Shown one piece after another: positions 38,864 through 49,539 of a stretch of DNA of 64,000 bases. Numbering within the stretch: the first letter of the stretch is position 1; each line of letters begins with the position of its first letter. Source of the DNA: a virus (lineage: Duplodnaviria; Caudoviricetes). A model generated the notes under the pieces. It worked only from the letters and a program-made list of their open reading frames with translations. It did not search any database and was not told where the DNA came from. The position numbers were made by a program, and so were the translations under genes. The stretch covers positions 1 through 64,000 of IMG/VR virus record IMGVR_UViG_3300032233_002382, one strand, 5' to 3'.

Positions 38864-39209
38864 TATGCAGGTGAGGCACGACGAATTTGACCGGATTCTG
38901 GCAGGGAATCAGGTGATCCATACTTGGAATGTGATGCAGGCATTTCTTCAGATCCGAGAAGACTTCAGGGATGAGAAGAAGTTCGACACTATCTTTCTTG
39001 ATCACGACATTGAGGAAGGAGACGACAGGCGAGATGTGATCGAACTTGTACACTGGATTGTCAAGACGCCTTGGGTTCGTGACCAGCTTAAGAAGGATGG
39101 GACGAATTTCTTCATCCACAGCTGGAATAATCATGGGGCGCAGAACATGAAGGCGCTTCTCGAGGATGCCGGATTCGAAGTAAAAGTGAAGCCGTTTAGG
39201 GTGGGATAA
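38838..39209 (+). CDS. Receiver-like domain (cyclic-phosphate-processing receiver type)
   Basis: LVVDD, IFLDHD, IHSWN..GA..M. Confidence 0.7.
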   Translation: MKRFLVVDDMQVRHDEFDRILAGNQVIHTWNVMQAFLQIREDFRDEKKFDTIFLDHDIEEGDDRRDVIELVHWIVKTPWVRDQLKKDGTNFFIHSWNNHGAQNMKALLEDAGFEVKVKPFRVG

Positions 39210-39885
39210 GCAAGTGGTCGAAGTCGAAGAATTTATCCCTGAAGTCTGCTTTATACCAGCGTGGGCTGAAACCAAGGTGGGTTTCAGCCCACGCCCATAA
39301 CATGACTTCGAGATGAAGTCTGGGATACAGAGACTGGAACGCTTGTCTGTGGAAGTTGTAAAATGATATGAGATCGTGTAGATGCCCTGTGAAGAACCCA
39401 CCTAAGAATCTCCAATATAATGTTTCGATGTCAGATGTAGGGGATTCTTCCCATCCAGGAATCACTAAACCACATCCCAAGTGATGGAGTTTATTTAGCT
39501 GTGCCAGCGTCTGCGGATGATGTTTCAGGATATGCATTATACCGAAATCGATCCAAGATAATCGTTCATCCGGCACTAATTTCATCGCCCGAACCATGAA
39601 TTCGGTCTTGGCGTTCGTGATGAGGTAGTAGTCTTCGGGCGGATCGGAAATTCGACGTTCCGGTCGTTTAACTTGTGAGCGGACGAACTGGTAAGTCCAT
39701 AGGTCTTGTATGGTAAGATAAACGACGCGGACGTTTGGATAGTTTACTCGACCTTCTAACGACTTGTCTAGAAATAAGATGATCGGAATTTCAGTTGCCG
39801 CAAGAGAATCGAATTCCGCCAAATATTCATCGACAGTCTTTTTAGACGACCCGTCTTCATAACATATGAAGGCCGACACGAACAT
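39196..39885 (-). CDS. HtrL/YibB-like (glycosyltransferase-related) protein
   Basis: NAKTEF...WIDFGI.H...WRFLGGFF.G; start refined to MFVSAF. Confidence 0.55.
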   Translation of the reverse strand: MFVSAFICYEDGSSKKTVDEYLAEFDSLAATEIPIILFLDKSLEGRVNYPNVRVVYLTIQDLWTYQFVRSQVKRPERRISDPPEDYYLITNAKTEFMVRAMKLVPDERLSWIDFGIMHILKHHPQTLAQLNKLHHLGCGLVIPGWEESPTSDIETLYWRFLGGFFTGHLHDLISFYNFHRQAFQSLYPRLHLEVMLWAWAETHLGFSPRWYKADFRDKFFDFDHLLIPP

Positions 39886-39909
39886 AAACCACGTTACCTG
39901 GAGAAATAA

Positions 39910-40266
39910 GTGAAGCCCGCAGACATGACCCTTTTTGGTGGAAACTCGGTTCATCGGATTCTGGACGCATTGGCGTACGAACTGGGTGAGCATCACGATG
40001 TCGAAACCAAGTGGTTGTGGAATCTGTCGGAGCCCTACACATGCGGTTGGAAGATCGATCCAGACAGCCTTTTGGCTGAGAACCTGTTCAAGGTATTTCC
40101 GAAGCCTGGATTGAGTCAGTTCGAAGAGCCTGAGGATTTCGAATCCCTTGATGTGGATGCGAAGTTTGCTTGGCAGATGAAGAGAATTCTCGAATCAACC
40201 GGCTATCAATTTGCTTATGAATCCGGTCTCCTCCGTGGTCTCCCCCTCGGGGTCGAGCCTCGATGA
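39910..40266 (+). CDS. Hypothetical protein
   Basis: 118 aa, coupled to the deaminase gene. Confidence 0.55.
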   Translation: MKPADMTLFGGNSVHRILDALAYELGEHHDVETKWLWNLSEPYTCGWKIDPDSLLAENLFKVFPKPGLSQFEEPEDFESLDVDAKFAWQMKRILESTGYQFAYESGLLRGLPLGVEPR

Positions 40267-40604
40267 ATCCATATAAGTATTTCGAGATCGCCGCGAAGTT
40301 CGCTGTTCTTAAGGAAGATCAACGGGTCCACCGCCTGGGTGCGGTCGGTGTCCGACGCGATGGCGTTCTGGTCGGTGCTTATAACTCGCCTGCGCCCGAC
40401 AAGCTACCGAAGGCGCACGCGGAAGCACGGCTCGCCCGTAAGCTCGACAAGGGCGCTACCGTATTCGTTGCTCGCGTTGCTAAGTCCGGAATACGACTCG
40501 CTCGACCTTGCGCATCCTGTCAGGCTTTCCTGAAGGCGGCAGAGGTCGAGCGAGTTTATTACACGATTTCTGAGACTGAGTACGGAGTTATCGACCTCGT
40601 GTAG
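40263..40604 (+). CDS. Cytidine/deoxycytidylate deaminase-like protein
   Basis: HAE...PCASC zinc motif. Confidence 0.85.
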   Translation: MNPYKYFEIAAKFAVLKEDQRVHRLGAVGVRRDGVLVGAYNSPAPDKLPKAHAEARLARKLDKGATVFVARVAKSGIRLARPCASCQAFLKAAEVERVYYTISETEYGVIDLV

Positions 40605-40606
40605 TA

Positions 40607-41374
40607 CTAAAGACCGTGAGTAATGAGACCGTTCTCAACGGTAAGGATGTCGTGAACTTCATGACCTTCCCGAGTGGCCACGGCCTCCACAGCCATCGTG
40701 AAAGCATCGATTGGTCTTAAACTATTAAATTCATCCGGACTAAACATCTGAGCACTTTCCGGCGGATCGAACGTCTGTCTTGACCCACCACGTCCGGCTG
40801 ACACCACACTGACTCTAGTCTTCATTCCTCCACAGTCGATCGTACCTTCCACGTTGCTCGCACTTTTTTCGCCCAGGAAATCACACCTGTGGAGAGTTAT
40901 AGTGCATGAAGGACCGAGCTCAGTCGGTCCTATATCGACAGGCTTATTTAAGACGTTGACTTGCCCACCGACAGCAGCTACCAATTTCCTAATATCCTTC
41001 AAAACTAATTCTTTCGAGGGACTCTTAGATTTTTCGATCCCCGCCGCGATGCGGCGGAGTTCCTGACTAAGATCTGACGGTTTCATTCGACTGGCCTTTC
41101 TGGGTTTTTGTGAACCCTTGAGAAATGTTCCGACGAGTTTCGCGATCTCACCGAAGTGCTTATCGCTGAGCTTCTGCTTCTCGATTCCGGAAAGGACGCG
41201 ACCGTAGTGGGCGGCCTTCTGCATTATCGAGTCGTCCATCGGGACCGTGACGCCGCCCTTCTCGATCGCTCCGAGCGCCCCACATAACATCGCGTGCTCT
41301 CTGGATTTCGGGTCCTCGGCGGCTTCTGCGACTCGCTTCGGGTCGCTAAGTTCAGATAAGGATGGCTTCGACAT
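40607..41374 (-). CDS. Protein with internal PSxLSxxLRRIA domain
   Basis: MKPSDLSQELRRIAAGIEKSKSPSKELVLKDIRKL at mid-protein. Confidence 0.7.
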   Translation of the reverse strand: MSKPSLSELSDPKRVAEAAEDPKSREHAMLCGALGAIEKGGVTVPMDDSIMQKAAHYGRVLSGIEKQKLSDKHFGEIAKLVGTFLKGSQKPRKASRMKPSDLSQELRRIAAGIEKSKSPSKELVLKDIRKLVAAVGGQVNVLNKPVDIGPTELGPSCTITLHRCDFLGEKSASNVEGTIDCGGMKTRVSVVSAGRGGSRQTFDPPESAQMFSPDEFNSLRPIDAFTMAVEAVATREGHEVHDILTVENGLITHGL

Positions 41375-41416
41375 ACTTTTAGGCCTCCAACGACGTCTGT
41401 CATTGGAGGCCTAAAT

Positions 41417-42184
41417 TTAAAATCCTAGATCGTCTTCACCAAACCCAAGGTCATCAAATTCATCCTCGGACGGTTTCTTAGTGGATGATGGGTTTTGTTT
41501 CAACTTAGACTGGAATGGTTTATTGAGTCCAATAAGTGCCTCTTCGAGGTATCCCTTGAAAACGTCTTCTGATCTTTCTCCAACGGCGGTTTCAAGATCA
41601 TGGGTTGCAAGATAATCTTTAATCTTCTTCAAACCTAGTACCTTTTGAAGCACGTTATTTAGTGCCTTTTCAGGGGACATGGGTTTCTTCTTATCATACA
41701 ACATATCCAGGTAATACTTCTGGATTTCAGGGTGTTTTTCCAGCTCCGAGCGGATTAGAAGGATCATATCCTCAAGATCCTTCGGTCGACCTGAACGAAC
41801 TTTCAGTGCGGTCAGGGCGTGCTGGCTTATGACTGGGACTCCGTCTCGGATTGTCGGATCAGATAAGGCATCAGAAGGCAGGCCATCTGCAAAAAGAAAA
41901 TCGACCTCTATGCCGAGGTGTTCGGTTGACCAAATCGGCAATTTCCCGGAAGGCGTTTCGCTGGATTTGCCTCCTGGGAACAGACGTTTAATTTGCTGTT
42001 TGGATCTAGAATCCACCAAGATGTCTATATCTTGCGTGGTCCGTCCGCTTATGTAAGTTCCCATAGCGATGCCGCCGACCACAGCATGCGGGATCCGATT
42101 ACTAGTCAGTGTTTGCGAAATGTCCTTCACGACCTCTCGAAGGTTCTCGCCAACTTCTTCGTAAGCCGCATAACGTAAGATCAT
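41417..42184 (-). CDS. Nucleotidyltransferase-fold protein
   Basis: VVGGIAM...RTTQDIDIL; LKVRSGRPKDLED. Confidence 0.7.
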   Translation of the reverse strand: MILRYAAYEEVGENLREVVKDISQTLTSNRIPHAVVGGIAMGTYISGRTTQDIDILVDSRSKQQIKRLFPGGKSSETPSGKLPIWSTEHLGIEVDFLFADGLPSDALSDPTIRDGVPVISQHALTALKVRSGRPKDLEDMILLIRSELEKHPEIQKYYLDMLYDKKKPMSPEKALNNVLQKVLGLKKIKDYLATHDLETAVGERSEDVFKGYLEEALIGLNKPFQSKLKQNPSSTKKPSEDEFDDLGFGEDDLGF

Positions 42185-42197
42185 CCGGAGCCTCCAT

Positions 42198-43577
42198 ATG
42201 GAGAAACAATTAAAGATGTCTTACGGCGATCACCGGATGGTGGCTACCAAAACATTTGATCCCATGGCCGCAAATTTAACGATTCATCTTCATTGTGAAT
42301 CATGCAATAGTCACATCCAGTCGCGATATACCGAGTTTGAACAAGTCCTGAACCCTTCATTTTACGAAGACTTCTTCGAAAGCGCTTGCCGAATATTTCG
42401 AAAAACATTTCCTGAATCGTGTGATGAAACTAAAGTCAAACAAGTTCACGATTCTTGATGTACGGCAGAAGTCTCCAAAATCCGGGAAGACGGAATTCGT
42501 TCGGGTCTGGCACATACTGACGAAGTACATGGCATAGATTCAATTTGTTTTCGAATTACTCATGATGCACGGAGTCAGCTATCCAGTATTGAGTCGCGAC
42601 CTGTACCATAGTCTCGACTACCTGATCCACTGTCGGATTCGGCGGACACTTGGCGAGACAGGGTGTTCTTGCTTGCCAGCCAACGTCCTGAGTGATTCCA
42701 AGATCGCCCATTAGAGCTAAGTCATCGCCTGCTTGGCTCGAGAGCATACTTCCGAACCTCAAGAGCCACGTGCTTCGATCATTCAAGTCATCTTCCGTTG
42801 CTTCCACATTAACTTCCCATACTTCAAAAAGGTCTCCGTGACGTTCATTGAACGCTTTGGAGACCTTTCCGATAAACTCCTGGGTCACCACTGCTCCTTC
42901 CTCCAGTCCCGCTTAGTTTCACGGGACTTTCGGCGATCCTTCATGATGCGGGTACCAGCCTTTCCGGCCAGCACCATCTGCATCGCAATGTAATTTCGCG
43001 GCTTCTTGACTTCAATTCTCATCTCAAGCTTCGGCTTGTCCATTTGATCCTCCATCAACCAAACGAGCGAACGATCCAATTTCCGAATTCGTTTGACTGT
43101 GGTGTAATTTGTTGTATGGCAGAGAAGCGACCGATACTCGTCATTAAGGGTCAAGCGGCGCTTCCGTTTGCTGATATATGCACAAATAAGCGTCACGTAT
43201 CTTATCTGAGACCGATCTTTGAGTGTAATGCTCCTTCATGCGCTCCGAAAAAACTACACGCAGCTTAATAAATGCCTAGAATCGCACATTCGAAACGCCC
43301 TGGTAGTCTTCGTCGCAAACATAACCGCGAGCGGTTGATTAAAGCGCGTATTTTATTGAAAGAGAAAGAAATTCATATACGCGAAGTCGAACAGCTCACC
43401 GGGATCGGAGTAGGACAAACAACCCTGATGATCCAGGGTAAAGCCAGAATGGATCAAGTTACTGTTATGCTAATAGAGACGATCGCGAAGTATCCATCAA
43501 CGATGCGTCAGATTGAGCTCATGTGGCAAGGCCATACAATTGATGAAGTTGCGGCCATCATGGTTCATGAATCATGA
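42198..43577. CDS. Four small genes: 42198..42458(+), 42556..42891(-), 42885..43196(-), 43272..43577(+); three carry the C-terminal tag
   Basis: End VKQVHDS, ADSVHHE and AIMVHES; the last has an HTH-like IREVEQLTGIG segment. Confidence 0.6.
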
Positions 43578-44756
43578 ACTTGCCATGCTGCGTGTTCGTC
43601 GCAGTCTAGAGCTGTGTGAATTCCATCATAAATTTCGATCCTTGCGTCATTCGGTGGCTTGTCGTTCGCCAACCAAGCAAGGCGTCTATCAATATCAGAA
43701 CTCGTGCCTCCGCACTTACGACAAACCCAGTAGTCGCCTAGTCGGAGTTTCCCGATTTCAGATGGTACTTCATGCGGTTTAATATAGAACCACAAATGAG
43801 CCATTTCAAACAGTACTTATGCTTCCATCATTTCTCTTACGATTTTCTCATTCTTAACGTCGTCACAAGTTAATATAACGCACCCAGTAGTTGCGGCTCC
43901 GAAGAGAATAGTTATGTACATTCCACCATGTGCCATAGATCCGCATTTAGTACACTGACCACCAAACCGGTTCGAACGCACCCAGTGTCCGTAGTTTTCC
44001 TTTGAATGCTTTAAATTCCATACGACATCATAAACGAATCGAATTGGAGTCCATATGCGCCAATAACGCATATATGTCTCTTTATAAACCATGGTGAAAA
44101 TTAATCCGAGGAATGGACCAATTATGAAGACAATCATGAAGATCTCTTGAGTCATTCGATATCCGTTTATATTGGTGTTCACTCATGACTTATGGATCTG
44201 AGCTACCATGAGCTCATCGCATGTCATGTGGTTTCCTCCCCCGACCCATATTTTAGCTTCGTTTGGTGGTTTGTCTGAGACGAAATGGAACATCCAAGAT
44301 GCTATGTTCTTATGAGTTGCACTACACTTAGTACACTGCCATTCATTATGAGAACCCCTGTCGACTAATTCCCATTTATGGCTCATGAGCTCGTTACATA
44401 GCGAACAATGCAATCTCTGTCCAAACATTCTTTAGCTTCAATTCCATGCCGACATTTTTCCTGAACAAACAAATCATTCAGATTGTATGGCTCGTGAAGG
44501 AGATCTGCAATTGCATTTGCGATAAAGGCAAGTATGATTCTCACGATTTCATCACCTGGGCTAACACTATCTGATGGCAGTGGTAGAATGCTGCCTTACC
44601 GTGTCCGTCTATGATCGTTATCTGAAATTCCGGGAGTGGTTTACCGTAGTGTTGACATACTTTATATCCGCAGTTCTGACATCGATACCAAATCTCGCCA
44701 TACTCACTTTCGTCATCAGTCAGCTGCCAGTCATGATGTTCAAGATCCATGAACAA
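43565..44756 (-). CDS. HxW-CxxC-C Zn-finger microproteins, cluster 1 (43565..43804, 43817..44182, 44183..44386, 44541..44756)
   Basis: Shared H-x-W...C-x2-C...C + tag architecture. Confidence 0.7.
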
Positions 44757-45329
44757 ACGCTGCCTGACATTCGGGATCTTCGCAGTATCGAATATCCCGT
44801 GAATGTTTACATATGTTGTTCAGGGCCCTCATGATCCTAGCGTCTTCTTCTGCCTGTATTTGGAGCTTCATCTGATGTTCTAGATGCGACATAATATCAA
44901 CCGACACAGAATCGACCAAAGCATTCGATGTGGACTCCAGAACGATCTTTCTCAGTTTATTGATCATGAATCAACTCGACTATGCACGATTTATCGTCAC
45001 ATTTTTCTGCTTCTTTAAGATGCTTACATATCGAATACCTACCATATATGGATCCGAATAAAATCGATTTCGCATCATTTCGGATTAAATTAATTTCTTG
45101 TTCGAAGTGTTCATTCGTCGTGGATGTACTCAGCGACGCATTTAGGGTTATCGCATTCACCTGGTCTTTTATCATGTTCGCAGTTCCATTTCAGGCCGTA
45201 AATCAATGCGTCGTGTACGCTCGGTGGATACCTGTTCATATGTGCCTGACTATGCTTCTTAGCCATTTCAAGCCACTTCTTTTTGTCCTCTTCCGTCACT
45301 TCCGGGATCGGAAACCTGATCGAGGTCAT
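44383..45329 (-). CDS. CxH-x6-C-x4-C microproteins (44383..44544, 44740..44967, 44957..45175, 45111..45329)
   Basis: Identical ligand spacing in four ORFs; 44383..44544 found by manual translation. Confidence 0.7.
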
Positions 45330-46014
45330 TTAGGACTCCCACGACTCGGAGCATGTCGTCCGCAACCAGGTTCAGTTTATCATCCACGTCGGGAAAGCGC
45401 TCGCGCAGCAGCGGGAGCACGGTCTGCCGGAGCCAGACGCGGGTGTAGCGGTCGTTTGAGTTGCTCGGATCGGTTGCGGCCTCGAGCCGGTGGACGCCGC
45501 AGTACGCAGCGAGAGCGGAACGCGACACGCGCAGCAGCGGACGGAAGACGCGACCGGACAGCGGCGGCAACACGGCGAGCGAGCCAGCGCCCGACGCACG
45601 CAGCAGGCGGAGCAGCACCGTCTCCGCCCTGTCGTCGCTGTGGTGCGCGGTCACAACCCAATCAGCGCCGTACCGGATTCGGGCGTCATAGAGCTCGGTG
45701 TAGCGACCGTCCCTGGCTCGCGCCTGGATATTGCCGCCCGGCTCGACCTGGATTCGGCGAGTCTCGTAGGTGATCCCAAGAGACCTCGACAATTTCTCGG
45801 CGAGCTGAAGTTCTGAATCGGCTTCAGGACGAATCCCGTGATTCACTCCAACGGCTGCCACGACTTCGTGGCCGAGCTTCTTCGCTACGTGCGGGAATGC
45901 TTTAAGGAGGGCTTGGGAGTCAGGACCGCCGCTCACAGCCAAGACAAACTTCTGTGGATTCGAAAAAGATTCTTTCAGCGACTTCTCGATCGAGCCATTG
46001 ACCGTCATGATCAT
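45268..46014 (-). CDS. tilS: tRNA(Ile)-lysidine synthetase (short form)
   Basis: AVSGGPDS, VNHGIR, ARDGRY, TAHHSDDRAETVLLRLLR, RPLL, DPSN. Confidence 0.92.
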   Translation of the reverse strand: MIMTVNGSIEKSLKESFSNPQKFVLAVSGGPDSQALLKAFPHVAKKLGHEVVAAVGVNHGIRPEADSELQLAEKLSRSLGITYETRRIQVEPGGNIQARARDGRYTELYDARIRYGADWVVTAHHSDDRAETVLLRLLRASGAGSLAVLPPLSGRVFRPLLRVSRSALAAYCGVHRLEAATDPSNSNDRYTRVWLRQTVLPLLRERFPDVDDKLNLVADDMLRVVGVLNDLDQVSDPGSDGRGQKEVA

Positions 46015-46071
46015 ACCCCAAAATACAACGAGGCCCCCGTCGAATTCGACGGGGGCCTCGCAAAACTTCCG

Positions 46072-46449
46072 TTAGGCCTGGCCGACCTGAGGTGACATTC
46101 GAGGATCCGCAGCGATCATCTGTCGTGCGACCTCCATTCCGCGACCACGGACGATCACGCTCATGTAGTCGCCCGTCACGCCATACCGATCAAACGCGAA
46201 TTGCGTCTTGGTTCCACGCTTGATCAGTGGGAGATGACCGGCTCGGCGGAGAGACTCCACGTCAACTCCGCCTCGCTGGCCTCGCTTGTAGTCGTATCCG
46301 TCGAACTTCGCGACGTCCTCAAGGAACTCCTGGAAATCCTCCTCGGTCGTCACAACGGACGTCATCTTCCAAGGACCGGGATCCCCGACCGGGGACTTCG
46401 TGAGGACTTCGAACTCATGAACGCTAAAGGTATCCTGGCTCATCTGCAT
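46072..46449 (-). CDS. Hypothetical protein
   Basis: AAGGAG RBS; 125 aa. Confidence 0.7.
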   Translation of the reverse strand: MQMSQDTFSVHEFEVLTKSPVGDPGPWKMTSVVTTEEDFQEFLEDVAKFDGYDYKRGQRGGVDVESLRRAGHLPLIKRGTKTQFAFDRYGVTGDYMSVIVRGRGMEVARQMIAADPRMSPQVGQA

Positions 46450-46636
46450 CTCCTTAGATAAACTCTCGGGTGGTCTTCCCGTCGGGGTGGAATTGCACGA
46501 TAACGTCCTTCTTGCCGCTTGCGATCATGTTCATGGCGATCTCCCACTCGAGACTCGCCTCAGGAGGAGCACCGGGGTTGGAGAGGACTGACATGTAGAT
46601 CGGGATGCTCATCTTCTGCGATTGCACTACGCCTCC

Positions 46637-47026
46637 TTAGGGAAAACTAGCGGAATGGCCGCCAAGATCGGTGAACACCTTCGGGTCAATCCCCGGCTTC
46701 TGAGACTTCGCATCTGCCACAACGACTGTGCGGGTCTTATCTTGCATCACCTCACGCACCTTCTCGAGCACCTCCGGAAGAGCGCGCCGGACTTCGGAGA
46801 TGATGACGGTGGCGTCCGGAGACGTCGACCGGACCTCAGCCGAGAACGTTTCGACGTCCATCATATCGACCTCGAGCAAGATCGGCTCAATCCCCTTCTT
46901 CCAACATTCTTCCTTTACCATCATAACAGCTCCGGTCGAGCTGCCGGTCGTTACCAAGAGCGGTTCCCCTGGCTTCATTAGATCCCCGAGAGACGTTCCC
47001 TTGCCGTGGTCACATGACTGGCTCAT
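46637..47026 (-). CDS. Degenerate AAA+-like fragment or hypothetical protein
   Basis: Motif at 47091; VIISEVRRA resembles a Walker B region but there is no intact P-loop. Confidence 0.45.
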   Translation of the reverse strand: MSQSCDHGKGTSLGDLMKPGEPLLVTTGSSTGAVMMVKEECWKKGIEPILLEVDMMDVETFSAEVRSTSPDATVIISEVRRALPEVLEKVREVMQDKTRTVVVADAKSQKPGIDPKVFTDLGGHSASFP

Positions 47027-47112
47027 CAACACCTCCAACGGACGAGCGCCGCGCCCGCCCACACAAGGGACGAGCGCGGCGTCCGACTTCCAGATTTACT
47101 TCAGTGGTAGTT

Positions 47113-47640
47113 CTATCCTTTGTCAGTCTCATGGAGAATCTTCTCGATCAACGCCACCCGATACTTCTTTCTCTTAATCTCCTGAAGCTTACTAATTAAG
47201 AGTTGGTTCTGCTTGGCAAGCTCCTGATATTCCCAGACTTCTTTCGGAATCTCGTCATCGGGGACCCGAATTTTCATGCAGAGAGACTCGATGGGTGGTT
47301 TTTCCGCCACGAGTTCATATTCGTACTTACCGTCGAAAATCTCACTCTGACGGAAGTAAATATCGATCTCGGTACCAGGAATCACTAATTCGATCGAAGG
47401 AACGACTTTGGATAGGCTCTTCGGAATGTAGTCGAGAGGACCGTTTGAGTGGGCACCGACCTTGCCAAAGATGAGATTCATTTTCTTCTGAACTTCGGCG
47501 AGTTCCTGGTTGATCAGCTCCTCGGCCTTTGCCGCGATATAGTCGGCAATTTCGGATACGGTGAGCTTGCTCTCGGCATATGTTGCCATCAGGTTGGCCG
47601 TAATTCCATCAATCTTTTCAATCGCGCCAGTCTTCGACAT
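47113..47640 (-). CDS. Hypothetical early-type protein
   Basis: Motif at 47707; GGAGG RBS. Confidence 0.75.
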   Translation of the reverse strand: MSKTGAIEKIDGITANLMATYAESKLTVSEIADYIAAKAEELINQELAEVQKKMNLIFGKVGAHSNGPLDYIPKSLSKVVPSIELVIPGTEIDIYFRQSEIFDGKYEYELVAEKPPIESLCMKIRVPDDEIPKEVWEYQELAKQNQLLISKLQEIKRKKYRVALIEKILHETDKG

Positions 47641-47938
47641 ATCGAACCTCCAAAATGGTGACGCCCTGCGCGTCCCACAGAGGGAACGAGCGGGGCGTCC
47701 GACTTCCATATCTGATTTAAGGGATCCGATATTTCACTTCAATAAGTTAGTCGAACGGGTAGTAGTCTCGGATTCACACACCCATCAACCCTGAACTAGT
47801 GCCGGTCTTTCATTATACGTAAGTCGCTTCTCTCTGAAAGTGTAGTTGTCCCGGCATCACTTTCACATCAAAGAGTCGCCTAGGCTAGCCTTACGACCAG
47901 CCCGTACTAACTAGAGAACCATACATAGGGCCTCCTTT

Positions 47939-48599
47939 CTAAGAGTTATGGACTTCATAGACGGGTCGGTTTTTGATCTTATTCGCGATCGTGATTCCGA
48001 TCTTCCGAAGGTTCATCATTGATTCAGGCCTGAAGCGAACTCGATAAAACATACGAGGGTGTTGCTCAACCGTCATCACGTAAACCGAGACTTCGCGTTC
48101 ATCAACGCCGATCGAGAGGTTGTAGGAGTGATCATCTTTCGTGATTAGGATGTCCCATCCCTCATGAGCCTCCGCTCGCATCTTAAACCTAGGACGGTTG
48201 AAGACGGAGCGGAGGCTCGTCGAGACGTGATCCCTTAGAGCGTAGAATGGCTCGCGACTATGCAGCACTCTTCTTCGCCTTCTGGATTGCCTGAGCGTAC
48301 TTGGTCAGCTCGTAAACAGCTCTCTCAAACCGGCTGTGCGCTCGCGACCAATCCTGCTTACACTCGAGAGATTGCTTCTCCCAGTCAGCCCCCTTCTCCT
48401 TCTCGAAGCGCTTGAAGTGGTCGTTCTTGTCGTCGTGGGCGTTCACAAGTTCCTCGAGAAGAGAATCGAGTCCCTTGTCCAGCGCCTTGGCCTCGATCTC
48501 AAGACTGTAGAGTCGTGTGCTGACGGCCTTGTTCAGTTCAGTCGTCGCGTTACGGATGGTTTCGATCGCCTTCGTGATCATCTCGGTCTCGGTCATCAT
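47939..48599 (-). CDS. Two genes: 48258..48599 (coiled coil) and 47939..48268 (tagged, VYEVHNS)
   Basis: Motif at 48660. Confidence 0.7.
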
Positions 48600-48796
48600 A
48601 ACCCCCAAAGAGGGCGGGAGAATCCGCCCACACAACAAACGCACCGACGGCCCGATTTCCATACTGACTTCAGACTTCCCACCATTGAGCCAAGAACATA
48701 CCGATTAGTGACGTCCAAATACAAGACCACCGAAGGGTCTCATCGGTTGCAAATACACCGATAAAGAACATGAACGAAAGAATACCTTGAGTTCTC

Positions 48797-49539
48797 TTAG
48801 TCAACGTTAACCATCTGTTCAGCAATGACCCTTCGTTCAGTTCGCCTGTTCACTCGTGCAGTATCTCCATCCTTCCTCGCGTGGCACATTCCCGAGTGGT
48901 CTGAACAATTACACCCGAGGGCACTGCGCTTCCTGAACTTCCCAGGCTCCTCAGCGTCCTGCTTAGTGGACCAGCTGAACCAGGAATAGACCCGCTGGCG
49001 GAGCTTAGCCCGCTTGGCAACGATCTTCCCGTTCCGATGCCGACGCTCTGATCTATGCATTAGTCCTCCACTTGGACTTCATGAACCGAATAAGGAACGG
49101 TCTGAACGAACTCAATCATCTGTTCCCGACGCTCATCGCCCGCAGGAAGCAGACGATAAACGGTCTGGAAATAGCGAACAAATCGCTCAAGCTCCTCGTG
49201 CGATCCAGACTCCTTGATCGTGTTAAAATCTACCTCCATCGACTCTTCTTCCTCGTTATGGATCTCGATCGGAGTGATCAGGTCCTTGAACTGCTCCATG
49301 AACTTGATGCCGTCCTCTTGCATGAAGCTCCATACCCCGTCGTTCAGGTAAGTGATAAAATTGCTTGAGAGGACGAGATCCTCATTTGCTGCGTTACAGG
49401 CCTTGCGCGCCTTCTCCTCGCTCTTATAAAGAGAGCGCGGGCTTGAATAACCCTCTGTCGCGTTATAGTAGTTGTCGTCGTACTCGTAGTGGGTTTCAAG
49501 AACCGCGTACATCAACTGAGTGCTCTTCTTCTTAGCCAT
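48797..49539 (-). CDS. Two coupled hypothetical genes (49060..49539, 48797..49060)
   Basis: Stop-start coupling; GGAGG RBS. Confidence 0.7.

Noticed and set aside
16636-46060. Integron attC cassette array
   Set aside because: The palindromes lack RYYYAAC/GTTRRRY ends and extrahelical bases, each cassette has its own promoter, and no integrase is visible.
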